Below, in pieces: positions 40,028-51,155 of a stretch of DNA of 64,000 nt. The stretch is from positions 44,318-108,317 of the forward strand of contig CAWHTK010000005.1 of assembly GCA_963832205.1 (NCBI GenBank), given 5' to 3'. The position numbers and the translations under genes were made by a program. This DNA is from Blastocatellia bacterium (lineage in GTDB: Bacteria > Acidobacteriota > Blastocatellia > UBA7656). Numbering within the stretch: position 1 is the first letter of the stretch; each line of letters begins with the position of its first letter. Under the pieces are notes generated by a model, which saw only the letters and a list, made by a program, of their open reading frames with translations, did no database searches and was not told the DNA's origin.

Positions 40028-41134
40028 TTAGTTGAAAGTCGCCTTGATCGGGACTTCGAGCACAGGCGTTTCAGGGTCGTTCGTTTCAATGCGAACCTTG
40101 CCCTGATGCTCGCCCGCTTTTATCTTCGACTGGTCCAGCTTGAGTTTTATCATATAGACTTCGCCTTCTTTTTCGGTGACAAGCTCAAGCTGAAGGAAGG
40201 GAAGCGTCGATTTGTACGAGTTGATCTTTAGCCCGCCTTTGCGCACCTTGCGGACGTAAATTGCCGGCCAGTTGATCGAAGAGAGATCGGACGAAGCGGG
40301 CAGCGTAGGCATAATGATCGAAGTCGGCATCGCGAATATGCGCGGGAAGATCGTGGCCTCAAGCTCGACGGTCATCTCGGGCTGCTTCGGGCTGTCGGTT
40401 ATTAGTCGCACCGATTGGCGGTACTGTCCCGGCTTGAGCGCGGAGTTAGTCGCGACATGCAGCTCATACCTCTTGCCGTCCTGAATGGGGTGAAGCGTAG
40501 CCGTAAATTTAGTCCCGCCGGGTATGACCTTTTTTATGCGGACTGGCTTTGCTTCGGGGTTGTAGAGGTAAAGCCGGCTCGCCGAGCTGGTGCCCGCCAG
40601 GACGCTTGTCACCCAGCGGTTGACCGGCTCTATGACAAAGGGTCCGACCTGTTTTACAGGGACCATCGGGGCCGATGTGTGAGTCGGCGTCGGCGCGGGC
40701 TCCATCTTAAACCGGGCGCGAAGTACGAGGCCGAAGCTGGCCTGTTGCGGATCGTTGGTCGTCACGCTGGCTGACTTGACTATCTCTCCGACGTAGCCCT
40801 GCGTATTGTCTATTCTCAGTTCGATCTTTCCCTCCTTACCAGGAGGCACGACTTTGTCGTAGTCGCCTTTTGTGCATCCTCAGCCAGGGCTTACGTTTTT
40901 GATAAGCAGATCGCCTTTGCCCATGTTCTTCAGCTTGAAGACGTGAACCAGGGGTACGCCCGCTTTTACTTCGCCAAAGTCATGACTGAGAGAGTCGATA
41001 ACCATTTTCGGAGCCGGCGGCGCATCAGCCGGCGATTGCCCCGGCTCTAGCTGCGAACGAGTGGTTTGCGCCAGGGCCGCAACCGCCAGGAAGAGCGCGA
41101 GGATCGGCGCTGAAATATGCCTGATAAATCTCAT
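40028..41134 (-). CDS. Secreted DUF1573-family protein with in-frame TGA (40880-40882) at the first Cys of the conserved CGC motif (selenocysteine candidate or premature stop)
   Basis: Signal peptide MRFIRHISAPILALFLAVAALAQT. DUF1573-like HDFGEVKAGVPLVHVFKLKNMGKGDLLIKNVSPG-TGA-GCTKGDYDKVVPPGKEGKIELRIDNT. ORFs 40880-41134 and 40028-40849 are in the same frame, separated only by the TGA. Confidence 0.6.
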
Positions 41135-41208
41135 GTGACAATTGCTCCAGGACCTATATTGTATGCATCGGAGAGTTTACCAGATGCCACTATGGCTGTC
41201 AGCCTCTT

Positions 41209-42171
41209 TTGCAAGGCGGGTATTATGGCCGCTCACCGGTGTGGTATTGTAAGTATCGGATGAAGGTAATACCGCTTGGTACGAGTTCAGGAAAGCCAAC
41301 TCTAAGGCGCAACGTCAGCGCGCTGGCCGTCGTGCGCGAGGCCGAGTGGCTGCTGTTTGATTGCGGCGAAGGGACACAGATGCAGATCCCGCGGGCGGGG
41401 CTGAACCCCAGCCGCCTCGACGCTATTTTCATCACCCATCTTCACGGCGATCACTTCAACGGCGCGAGCGGTCTGCTTTCGACTATGGGTCTTGACCGCC
41501 GGGCGCGCAGGCTCGCCATGGCCGGCCCCACGGGGATTCGCGAATACCTGGATACGCTAGCCAGGCTGAAGATTCTATTCATAAACTATCCGCTCGCGCT
41601 CACCGAGTATGATTATTTTGAGGAGCCGACGGCCGTGTATGAGGCCGAGCAGTTCGTCGTGACGGCGCTTCCGCTCGATCACCGGATATTCGCGCTCGGC
41701 TATCGCCTCGACGAGCGGCCGCGCCCCGGGCGCTTCAACCTTGAAAAAGCGCGGGAGCTTGGCGTTCCTGAAGGCCCGCTCTACGGCCGCTTGCAGTCGG
41801 GCAATGAAGTGGCGCTTCCGGGCGGCCGCGTGGTGCGCCCCGCGGACGTGCTTGGGGAGCCGAGGCCCGGAAAATCTGTCGCCTATTGCACCGACACGCG
41901 CCCGTGCAATGCGGCCGTAGAGCTTGCGCGCGGCGTTGACCTGCTCATACACGAAGCGACTTACCTAGAGGAGCTTAAGGAGGAAGCGCGCGAATACGGC
42001 CACTCCACGGCGGCCGGCGCGGCGCGCGTTGCGCTCGAAGCCGGCGCGCGCCGGCTGCTCATAACTCATTTCAGCACGCGCTACCCGGACCCCTCGCCGC
42101 TTCTGGCCGAAGCGCGCGCGATCTTTCCGGAGACCTATCTGGCGCAGGAACTTTCCGAGGTCGAAGTCTAG
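41209..42171 (+). CDS. rnz: Ribonuclease Z (tRNA 3' endonuclease, MBL fold)
   Basis: LLFDCGEGTQMQ, HxHxDH (ITHLHGDHFNG), C-terminal EYGHSTAAGA; likely start at MKVIPLGTSSG (~41257). Confidence 0.8.
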   Translation: MQGGYYGRSPVWYCKYRMKVIPLGTSSGKPTLRRNVSALAVVREAEWLLFDCGEGTQMQIPRAGLNPSRLDAIFITHLHGDHFNGASGLLSTMGLDRRARRLAMAGPTGIREYLDTLARLKILFINYPLALTEYDYFEEPTAVYEAEQFVVTALPLDHRIFALGYRLDERPRPGRFNLEKARELGVPEGPLYGRLQSGNEVALPGGRVVRPADVLGEPRPGKSVAYCTDTRPCNAAVELARGVDLLIHEATYLEELKEEAREYGHSTAAGAARVALEAGARRLLITHFSTRYPDPSPLLAEARAIFPETYLAQELSEVEV

Positions 42172-42549
42172 ATGATCATAGCGACCGGGATCGATCTGGT
42201 AGAAATCTCGCGCATCGGAGAGGTCTTCGCGCGGCGAGGCGAGCGTTTCCGGCGTCGGGTCTTCACGCCGGCCGAGATCGAATACTGCGAGCGGCGGCAG
42301 ACGAGACTCGAAAGCTATGCCGCGCGCTTTGCGGCGAAAGAGGCCGCCATGAAGGCGCTCGGGACGGGCTGGGCGGAAGGCGTGGGATGGAAGGACATAG
42401 AGATTGTACGCGAGCCGGAGGGCAGCCCACGGCTTGAGCTGCGAGGCCGCGCGCTTGAGCGATTTCGCGAGCTTGGCGCAACGCGCTCACACCTGTCGCT
42501 TACTCACTCGCGCGACCTTGCGATGGCCCAGGTGATATTAGAATCCTGA
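42172..42549 (+). CDS. acpS: Holo-[acyl-carrier-protein] synthase
   Basis: MIIATGIDLVEISRIGEVF...FAAKEAAMKALGTG...; ATGA overlap with the rnz stop. Confidence 0.85.
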   Translation: MIIATGIDLVEISRIGEVFARRGERFRRRVFTPAEIEYCERRQTRLESYAARFAAKEAAMKALGTGWAEGVGWKDIEIVREPEGSPRLELRGRALERFRELGATRSHLSLTHSRDLAMAQVILES

Positions 42550-42602
42550 TGCTGAAATAGCTTTGCACAACGGGAACCCCTGAGAAAAAAGAAACGCACA
42601 AA

Positions 42603-44304
42603 ATGGCCCCTGTCGCTCTTGACCATAAACTAACCCGGCTCGAAGAAGCCAAACATCGCTTTGACCCAAAGAGCAAAGCGCTCGTCAAAAAGCTTCTCTC
42701 CGCAATCGCGCGGGCCAAATTCTCGGATGCGGATCAGCTCATTCGGTTTCACGAAGCACTCCTCTTCTTGCGGGCGCACCCTCACAGCCGGGAAGTATTG
42801 CGCGAGGTTGAGAAACTTCTTTCATCCTTCGCTCATCGCGTCGTGCAACTCGGTCAATCGGGCGTAGATATGATTGCGTTCGACTATATAGAGTATTCGG
42901 GCATTGCGGGGACAATAATGTCCGGAGAGTTCAGTTACGCGATCGTCCGATGGCTCGCGGATCGCTATCCCGACAGCGTTTCCATAGACTGGGAGAAGTA
43001 CGAAAAGAGAGAGCGGCTTGCCCGCGTGTTGCAACGGTTCTTGCCGCTGCTTTATGAGGATACGCTTGTCGAAGCAAACATCCCATATCTCGACTGGCTT
43101 CGCGCGGCGGGTGCGCGCCCGGATAGAGACCTTCACTGGTTGCTGCGCCGCTTCGATCAAATGCCGATCTCTGATAGAGAGAAAGCGGACCTTTACGAGA
43201 GCCTGGAGTTAAAGATTCAATATGCCCTCAATAATTCTAAAGGCACTCGCACAAATTTAGTCCGGCCACCAGAGAAGGTTTATTATCACACCGGCCCGCT
43301 CATACGGCGAAGCGATGTTTCACTCGAAAAAGAGATTAATGCGCCGCCGATACCATTGAAGAGACTCTCACGCATCCGGGGGCAGGAGATGATCGATATG
43401 CTGCGCGATGCGGTAACCGTCCGCTACCGCGAGTTGTACGGCATTACCCACGGCGATCCGGATAGCGTAGTGCACGCGAGCCGTCGGGCGCGGGGTCGAG
43501 CTTTACCTGTGGGGGTTGCCGCCGCGGCGCCGGTTGCCGCTTCGCGCATATCACGCCGGCTTTACTCTAAAAAACGGAGTGCCGATTAACTATATAGAAG
43601 GTATCTCGCTCTTTGACCGGATGGAGATCGGCTTTAATCTTTTCTACACGTTTCGCGACGGAGAATCTGCGTGGGTATATGCGCAAGTGCTTCGACTGCT
43701 CCACCAGGTATCGGGCGTGACCTGTTTTTCGGTCGACCCTTATCAGATCGGCTTTAATAACGACGAGGCCATCGAGTCGGGGGCCTTCTGGTTTTATCGC
43801 AAGCTTGGTTTCAGGCCCGCGCGCCCTGAGCTTGCAAAGCTGGTCGAAGCAGAAGAGAGGAAGATGGCCCGGTTGCCCGGATACAGGTCCTCGGCTCGCA
43901 TGCTCCGACGGCTCTCCCGCGGCAATATCGTTTATGAAGTATCCGGCTCGACGAGCGGCTATTGGGACGGGTTTCATATACGCAATCTTGGGCTCGCCGT
44001 ACAACACAAGATGGGGAAACGGTTTGGTGGTGATTCTTTAAAGATTCGGAGCGCATCAAGAGAAAAGGTGGCGCGGGCGCTTGAGGCCGACCCCTCGAAA
44101 TGGAAAGAGTCAGAGAGATACGCTTTCGACAACCTCGCGCTGGTCCTGGCGCTCATCCCCGATCTCGCGGAATGGACGGATACCGAGAAGCGAGACGTAG
44201 TTCAAATCATACGCGCGAAGATGAGCGCGGACGAATCAAGATACCTGCGATTGCTTCAGCGCCATGCGAAGCTGCGCGATGCCATACGCAAGATTGGTTC
44301 ATGA
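42603..44304 (+). CDS. Hypothetical protein (~565 aa) split by an apparent frameshift near 43480-43530
   Basis: ORF 42603-43589 ends in an Arg/Ala-rich out-of-frame-looking tail. ORF 43516-44304 (other frame) continues a coherent sequence (GFTLKNGVPINYIEGISLFDRMEIGFNLFYTF...AFWFYRKLGFRP, GNAT-like flavour). No confident family assignment. Confidence 0.4.
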
Positions 44305-44419
44305 ATGCCGCGGCCTGGCGAAAAAAAATCCCCGCCGAGGTGAGCCGTTCGACTCATTGCCTTGCGGGGATTGCTATATCAGCCTTTCCGACTATCCGCT
44401 CAACTGCATGAAGTATTTA

Positions 44420-45961
44420 TTAGGCAACCGTTAAAAACTCGCGCAGCCAGTTTTCGTCATCCATCTGGCGCAGCTTGGCGAACGCGCCGGCCTCTATTTG
44501 CCGCACCCGCTCGCGGGTGACCGCGAGGTCCTGTCCTATCTCTTCCAGCGTGCGCGGCTCGCTTCCGGAATCGAGCCCGTAATGCATCCTCAAAATCTTG
44601 GCCTCGCGCGGAGTAAGGTGCGCGAGCGCCTTCTGTATGGCGTTGCGCCGCGACCAGTTCAGCGCGGCCATGAAGGGGTTGGCCGCGTCACCATCGTCGA
44701 TGAAATTGACCGCGGTCTCTCCGTTATCGTTGGCCGGAGCGTCGAGCGTAACCGAGTACTGCGCGTAGCCCATCGCCTCGCTTATGCGCTCGCTCGCGAC
44801 GTCGAGCCGCTCGGCAATCTGATCGCTCGTCGCGTCGGTGAAATTCTCTTTGCCGATCATGCGTGACGCGCGCGCGACCTTGTTGATCAGCGTTAGCTCC
44901 GAAGCCGGCAACCGCACGGTCCGGCTCTGGGTGTCGAGCGCGCGCGCCATCGACTGGCGTATCCACCACATCGCGTATGTCGAAAAGCGAAACCCACGGC
45001 GCCAATCGAATTTCTCGACCGCGCGCATCAACCCGACATTACCTTCCTGTATCAGGTCGAGGAAGGGAAGTCCGCGCTTCGTAAATTGGCGGGCGACCGA
45101 GATGACAAGCCTCAGATTTGCCTCCGTCATACGCTGCTTCGCGTCGCTTAGCTCGGCCATCGCGGAGACTGACTGCGCGGCGGACTTGTAGAGTGCGGCC
45201 GCGCTCAAAATATCGCTCTCGATCAGGCTCGAAACCCTCGTATGCAGGTCGAACCCCTCGCGCAAATCGGACTTGTCATTCCCGTGCGACGCCTGCCCCT
45301 TCGCCCCCCGGCGTATGGTCGCGGCCGCGCTTTCCAACATCGACACCATCCCGCGCTCCGCCGCAGGCGTGAAATGAATCGCCCTTATTGCGCGCGAAAG
45401 CGTGATTAGCGCGCGCGCGTTGCGGCTGTTTGAAATGGACTTTCTGGCTTTCGCCCGCGCCCCCTGCGACTTTCTCCCTCCCCGCTTCTTTATCAGTTCC
45501 GAATGAGCCGATTCGACACGGCCGAGCGCGCCGTCGGCGATCTCGGATGCAGGCAGCGCCTTCTGATCGCCGCCTGCCGCCGTGAGCCCTTCGATTATGT
45601 CGGCGGCGGTCTCATCGCCGACCGCAATAGCCCTCCTCAGATGGATGCAATACTCGGCAATAATGGGCGAGCGCGAAAGGCGCTTCATCAAAGTTTTTCT
45701 CGCGCGCTCGATCCTCTTGGCCGCGCTTACCTCTCTGGCCGCATCCAGCATGGGCGTGCGGCTCGCTTCGCGCAGGTAGAGTTTTAATAGATCCGTTCTG
45801 TCGACGTCTTCCGCCTCTTCGAATTCTTGATAGCCGTCATCCGAGTCTGGCGTTTGATCCTCGTCGAAATTCTCATCTTCGATTGTTACGTCCAACTCTT
45901 CGGTTATCATTGCCTGCTCCTGGCTTGTGCCGCTAGTTCCGGCACCTGATAAAACAATCAA
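44420..45961 (-). CDS. rpoD: RNA polymerase primary sigma factor (sigma-70)
   Basis: Acidic N-terminus, region 2 [35 protein letters not shown], region 4 [15 protein letters not shown]...[20 protein letters not shown]. Confidence 0.95.
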   Translation of the reverse strand: MIVLSGAGTSGTSQEQAMITEELDVTIEDENFDEDQTPDSDDGYQEFEEAEDVDRTDLLKLYLREASRTPMLDAAREVSAAKRIERARKTLMKRLSRSPIIAEYCIHLRRAIAVGDETAADIIEGLTAAGGDQKALPASEIADGALGRVESAHSELIKKRGGRKSQGARAKARKSISNSRNARALITLSRAIRAIHFTPAAERGMVSMLESAAATIRRGAKGQASHGNDKSDLREGFDLHTRVSSLIESDILSAAALYKSAAQSVSAMAELSDAKQRMTEANLRLVISVARQFTKRGLPFLDLIQEGNVGLMRAVEKFDWRRGFRFSTYAMWWIRQSMARALDTQSRTVRLPASELTLINKVARASRMIGKENFTDATSDQIAERLDVASERISEAMGYAQYSVTLDAPANDNGETAVNFIDDGDAANPFMAALNWSRRNAIQKALAHLTPREAKILRMHYGLDSGSEPRTLEEIGQDLAVTRERVRQIEAGAFAKLRQMDDENWLREFLTVA

Positions 45962-46046
45962 TCGGACTTTGACCCTTACTCTGGCCCCGATGATAGCAAA
46001 TGCTTTCTAGCGCGAAAAATTAATAATCTTAATACAATCGCAACAA

Positions 46047-46061
46047 TTAACTAATAGTTAA
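46047..46061. promoter_or_regulatory. 15-bp near-perfect palindrome TTAACTAATAGTTAA in AT-rich divergent promoter region of rpoD / ubiB-like gene
   Basis: ttaactaAtagttaa (one central mismatch to its reverse complement); surrounded by more GTTAAC-like half-sites (caattaac, gggttaac). Confidence 0.4.
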
Positions 46062-46156
46062 ATAGTTGAATCAATTGGGTTAACTCGTACAGGACGCGCC
46101 CCCGTGGCGTGCTCGAAATTTGAGCCGCGCCCGCGGATGACGTTAGAATTGAATAG

Positions 46157-47569
46157 ATGCAAATAAGCCGCTTGAGAAGACTATCGCGCCGCCTATACAT
46201 GTTGTGGGCGCTTTCTACTTTTGCCCTGTACGTTTTCCTCGATTCAAAGGGCTGGATAAACCGCCGCGAATCGAGCCGCGAAGCGAGGAGGCGTTTGCAG
46301 GCCGCGAGACTGCGCGACCGGCTTGTGCGGCTCGGCCCGACATTTATCAAAATGGGGCAGATGCTTGCGACGCGCGCCGACCTGCTGCCGCTCGAATACA
46401 TAAAGGAGCTTAGCCAGTTGCAGGACCGCGTGCCCGCCTTCTCTAACCGCCAGGCGCTAGAGATTCTTGAAGCGGAGATGGCCTGTCCGCTGGGGGAAGT
46501 ATTTTCGGTTATCGATGATGAGCCGATTGCCGCGGCGAGCCTCGGACAGGTCTATCACGCGCGGCTCGTTTCCGGCGAAGATGTGGCCGTCAAGGTGCAG
46601 CGGCCCGCGCTCGAAGAGACTATAAGCTCTGACCTGGATTCGCTAAGGTGGATCGGCGGCATGCTCGACAGGTACCCGAATCTCTTTCCGGGCGCGGAAT
46701 GGCTCGGGGCGGTTGATGAATTCGACCGCGTCATCCACGAGGAGATGGACTACAGGCGCGAGGCCGCGAACGCCGAAGAGTTCAGCCTGAATTTCAAAGA
46801 GTGGCGATCCGTTTACGTCCCCCGCGTTTATAAAGAGCTTTCGACCGGGCGCGTCATGGTCATGGAGTTTATCGAAGGGGTGAAGGTCACGGACCTCGAT
46901 GAGCTGCGCGCAAACGGGCACGACCCCCGGCGGATAAACGAGCTACTTTATCGCGCGTACTTCAAGCAGCTTCTTGAGGACGGCTTTTTTCATGCGGACC
47001 CGCATCCGGGAAACCTGCTTGTAATGCGCGACGGGCGGCTCGCCATATTCGATTTCGGGATGGTCGGGCGCATATCCGATGAGTTGAAACGTCAGATGAT
47101 CGAGGCATTCTTTCATCTTTATAACCGCGACGTGAACGCGATAGTCAACGACCTGGTAAGTCTCGGATTCCTCGCGCCCCAGGCCGACATGGTCACCTTG
47201 AGGGGGCTCGTCGCCGAAGTCTTCACCCGCAAGCTCAATCTAAAGCTGAGCGAGGTCCGCTTCAAAGACCTCACGTATGACTTCGCGCCTATTGTCTATG
47301 AGCACCCGATCACCACGCCCGCGCGATTCACTTACCTCATCCGCGCCATCATGACGCTTGAAGGCATCAGCATAGTGATGAATCCGGACTTCAACTTCTT
47401 CGACGTGGCCCGGCCTTACGTGCGCGATTTTCTTTTCAAGCGCGAATCGTCGCGCCTGAGACAGATGGCGCTCGAATCGCTCAGGGACGCGAAGACCGGG
47501 CGGTTGGATTTTGGGCGGGTGTGGAGCATGGCAAAGATGGCCTACTCGCTCTACTTCGGCAGGATTTGA
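46157..47569 (+). CDS. ABC1/UbiB-family atypical protein kinase
   Basis: ...AAASLGQVYHARLVSGEDVAVKVQRP...FFHADPHPGNLLV...IFDFGMVG... Confidence 0.85.
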   Translation: MQISRLRRLSRRLYMLWALSTFALYVFLDSKGWINRRESSREARRRLQAARLRDRLVRLGPTFIKMGQMLATRADLLPLEYIKELSQLQDRVPAFSNRQALEILEAEMACPLGEVFSVIDDEPIAAASLGQVYHARLVSGEDVAVKVQRPALEETISSDLDSLRWIGGMLDRYPNLFPGAEWLGAVDEFDRVIHEEMDYRREAANAEEFSLNFKEWRSVYVPRVYKELSTGRVMVMEFIEGVKVTDLDELRANGHDPRRINELLYRAYFKQLLEDGFFHADPHPGNLLVMRDGRLAIFDFGMVGRISDELKRQMIEAFFHLYNRDVNAIVNDLVSLGFLAPQADMVTLRGLVAEVFTRKLNLKLSEVRFKDLTYDFAPIVYEHPITTPARFTYLIRAIMTLEGISIVMNPDFNFFDVARPYVRDFLFKRESSRLRQMALESLRDAKTGRLDFGRVWSMAKMAYSLYFGRI

Positions 47570-47607
47570 TCAAATCGAACTCTGTCTGAATAAATACGAG
47601 CCTGCTT

Positions 47608-49089
<1,482 letters not shown>

Positions 49090-49101
49090 TTAAAAGAACC
49101 G

Positions 49102-49435
49102 CTACGCTCCCAGATGGCGGTCTATCATGCGAGCTATGTTCTCTTTCGAGGTTGCCCCGACGACACGGTCTGCCTCGTTGCCGTCCTTGAAAAGAATCAG
49201 CGTGGGAATACCTTTTATGCCATAACGCTGCGCCGTTTGATTATTACTGTCGACGTCCAGTTTTACGACCCTGGCTTTGCCTTGATACTCCTGGGCTACC
49301 TTTTCGACCGTCGGCGCGAGCGCCTTGCACGGCCCGCACCACTCGGCCCAGAAGTTCTACGAGCACCGGCTGCTCGGCCTTCAAAACATCCTGCTCAAAA
49401 CTTTTATCGCTAACTTCGTTCACAAATTCACTCAT
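49102..49435 (-). CDS. trxA: Thioredoxin; frame broken by 1-nt insertion near 49360
   Basis: Minus-strand translation [27 protein letters not shown] then shifts. Dropping one base in gtagaaCttctgggcc yields ...[83 protein letters not shown]. Confidence 0.85.
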
Positions 49436-49533
49436 TACATCCTCCAGTTAAAAGGACTGAGCAGCGGAGGAGCGGAGGACTGAGTAAGAAACGTGTTCTG
49501 CTCAGTGCTCAGCCCTCATCGCTAAGTCCTGAA

Positions 49534-51012
49534 TTAGACCGTTGCCGATGCGCCGCGCTGCACCAGCCTTTCGTATAACTCGACGTACTTACGCGCTGAG
49601 GCGTCCCACGAAAAATCGGAGTGCATCCCGTTGAGCATAAGCGACCGCCAGAGCTCGCGGTTGTCATAGACCATCAGCGCCTCGTATATCTTTTCGAGCA
49701 ACTGCCTTGAGTCATAATCATAAAACTTGAACCCGTTGCCCTCGCGCGCGCTGCGGTCGAAGTTCTGTATAGTGTCGTCTAGCCCGCCGGCGGCCCGGAC
49801 TATCGGGACCGTCCCATACTTTAGAGAGTACATTTGATTGAGCCCGCAAGGCTCGAAACGCGACGGCATCAAGAACATGTCCGCCCCGGCCTCTATCTTG
49901 TGCGCCAGTTCGTTTGAAAAACCGAGGTAGACGCCGACGCGATCCGCGCGCGAGTCGCGCAGAGACTGGAAAGCCCGCTCGTAGACTTCAGCGCCCGACC
50001 CGAGCAGCACGAAGGCGACATTGCGATCAAGCATGCGGGCCGCCACATCGAGTATCAGGTCAAAGCCTTTCTGGTCCGAGAGGCGCGATATGCAGCCTAT
50101 TAGCGGACGGTCGAGGTTTTCGGGGAGCTGAAAAGCGCTGAGCAGACTGCGCTTGCACTCGCGCTTGCCCGCGAGATTTTCGGGCGAGAAATTCGCGGCT
50201 ATAAACTTGTCGGTCGCCGGGTTCCACTCGTCGTAATCGACGCCGTTCAATATGCCGAACAGGTCCCCGGCGCGCGCGCGGAGCAACCCGTCGAACCGCT
50301 CGCCAAACTCGGGCGTCTGTATCTCTCGCGCGTATTTCGGGCTCACGGTCGAGATGGCGTCGGAGAAAACCAGACCCGCCTTGAGGGTACTCGCCGCACC
50401 GTAGAACTCTACCCCACCTTCGGTGCGATAGAGCCACTCGGGCAGGCCGAATTTCGCGAGGTCCCCCGGCAAAAAGAGGCCGGGGAAGGCCATATTGTGA
50501 ATAGTAAACAGGGTCTTGGTGCTTGCGACCTGCGGGTCGCCGGCGTAAACGGTCTTCATGTATGCGGGCACGAGACCCGTCATCCAGTCGTTGAGGTGGA
50601 ACAGGTCGAATCCTCCGCCAAGCGCCTTCGCAAGCTCCAGGATCGCGCGGCTGAAGAAGGCGAACCGCTCGACATCGTCTGCCTGCTCGTAGAGCTTGCC
50701 GCGGGAATAATACTGAGGGTTGTCTATAAAATAGACGGGCACTTCACCCGAGCGATCGACATAAACGTCAGTTTGAATCGTGCTGAAATTGAAAGGCACC
50801 TGTAATGTGCCATTTAGTTTTTGGCCGCGGCTCGTGATCTTCTCGACGTTATAGCGAGGCATCACTACCGATACGTCGTGGCCGAGTTTTGCGAGTGCTT
50901 TCGGCAGGGCGCCTGCCACGTCGGCAAGCCCGCCAGTCTTTGCATAGGGCACAACTTCCGATGCCGCCAGTAGAATCTTCAAATCTCGACTCCCATAATC
51001 AAAAATATACAA
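49534..51012 (-). CDS. glgA: Glycogen (starch) synthase, GT5/GT1
   Basis: KILLAASEVVPYAKTGGLADVAGALPKALAKLGHDVSVVMPRY... Confidence 0.9.
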   Translation of the reverse strand: MYIFDYGSRDLKILLAASEVVPYAKTGGLADVAGALPKALAKLGHDVSVVMPRYNVEKITSRGQKLNGTLQVPFNFSTIQTDVYVDRSGEVPVYFIDNPQYYSRGKLYEQADDVERFAFFSRAILELAKALGGGFDLFHLNDWMTGLVPAYMKTVYAGDPQVASTKTLFTIHNMAFPGLFLPGDLAKFGLPEWLYRTEGGVEFYGAASTLKAGLVFSDAISTVSPKYAREIQTPEFGERFDGLLRARAGDLFGILNGVDYDEWNPATDKFIAANFSPENLAGKRECKRSLLSAFQLPENLDRPLIGCISRLSDQKGFDLILDVAARMLDRNVAFVLLGSGAEVYERAFQSLRDSRADRVGVYLGFSNELAHKIEAGADMFLMPSRFEPCGLNQMYSLKYGTVPIVRAAGGLDDTIQNFDRSAREGNGFKFYDYDSRQLLEKIYEALMVYDNRELWRSLMLNGMHSDFSWDASARKYVELYERLVQRGASATV

Positions 51013-51155
51013 ACATCAAATCAAAAAAATAGTATGTGACTGCTCAAGACATTGTCAAGAAAGGCCCCGCGTGCGCATCGGCTATGAAGCGAGGAAAAAA
51101 ATGGGAGCCCGAAGGCTCCCGGAGGTTCACGAGGAAGATCAATCGAACGTGAAGC

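Noticed and set aside
40880-40882. The DUF1573 TGA as a plain premature stop giving two separate genes
   Set aside because: It is not fully rejected. However the downstream piece has no independent SD or ATG (only an in-frame GTG inside the domain), and the two pieces together form one contiguous DUF1573 domain with the TGA at a conserved Cys column. It is therefore listed as a Sec candidate with uncertainty.
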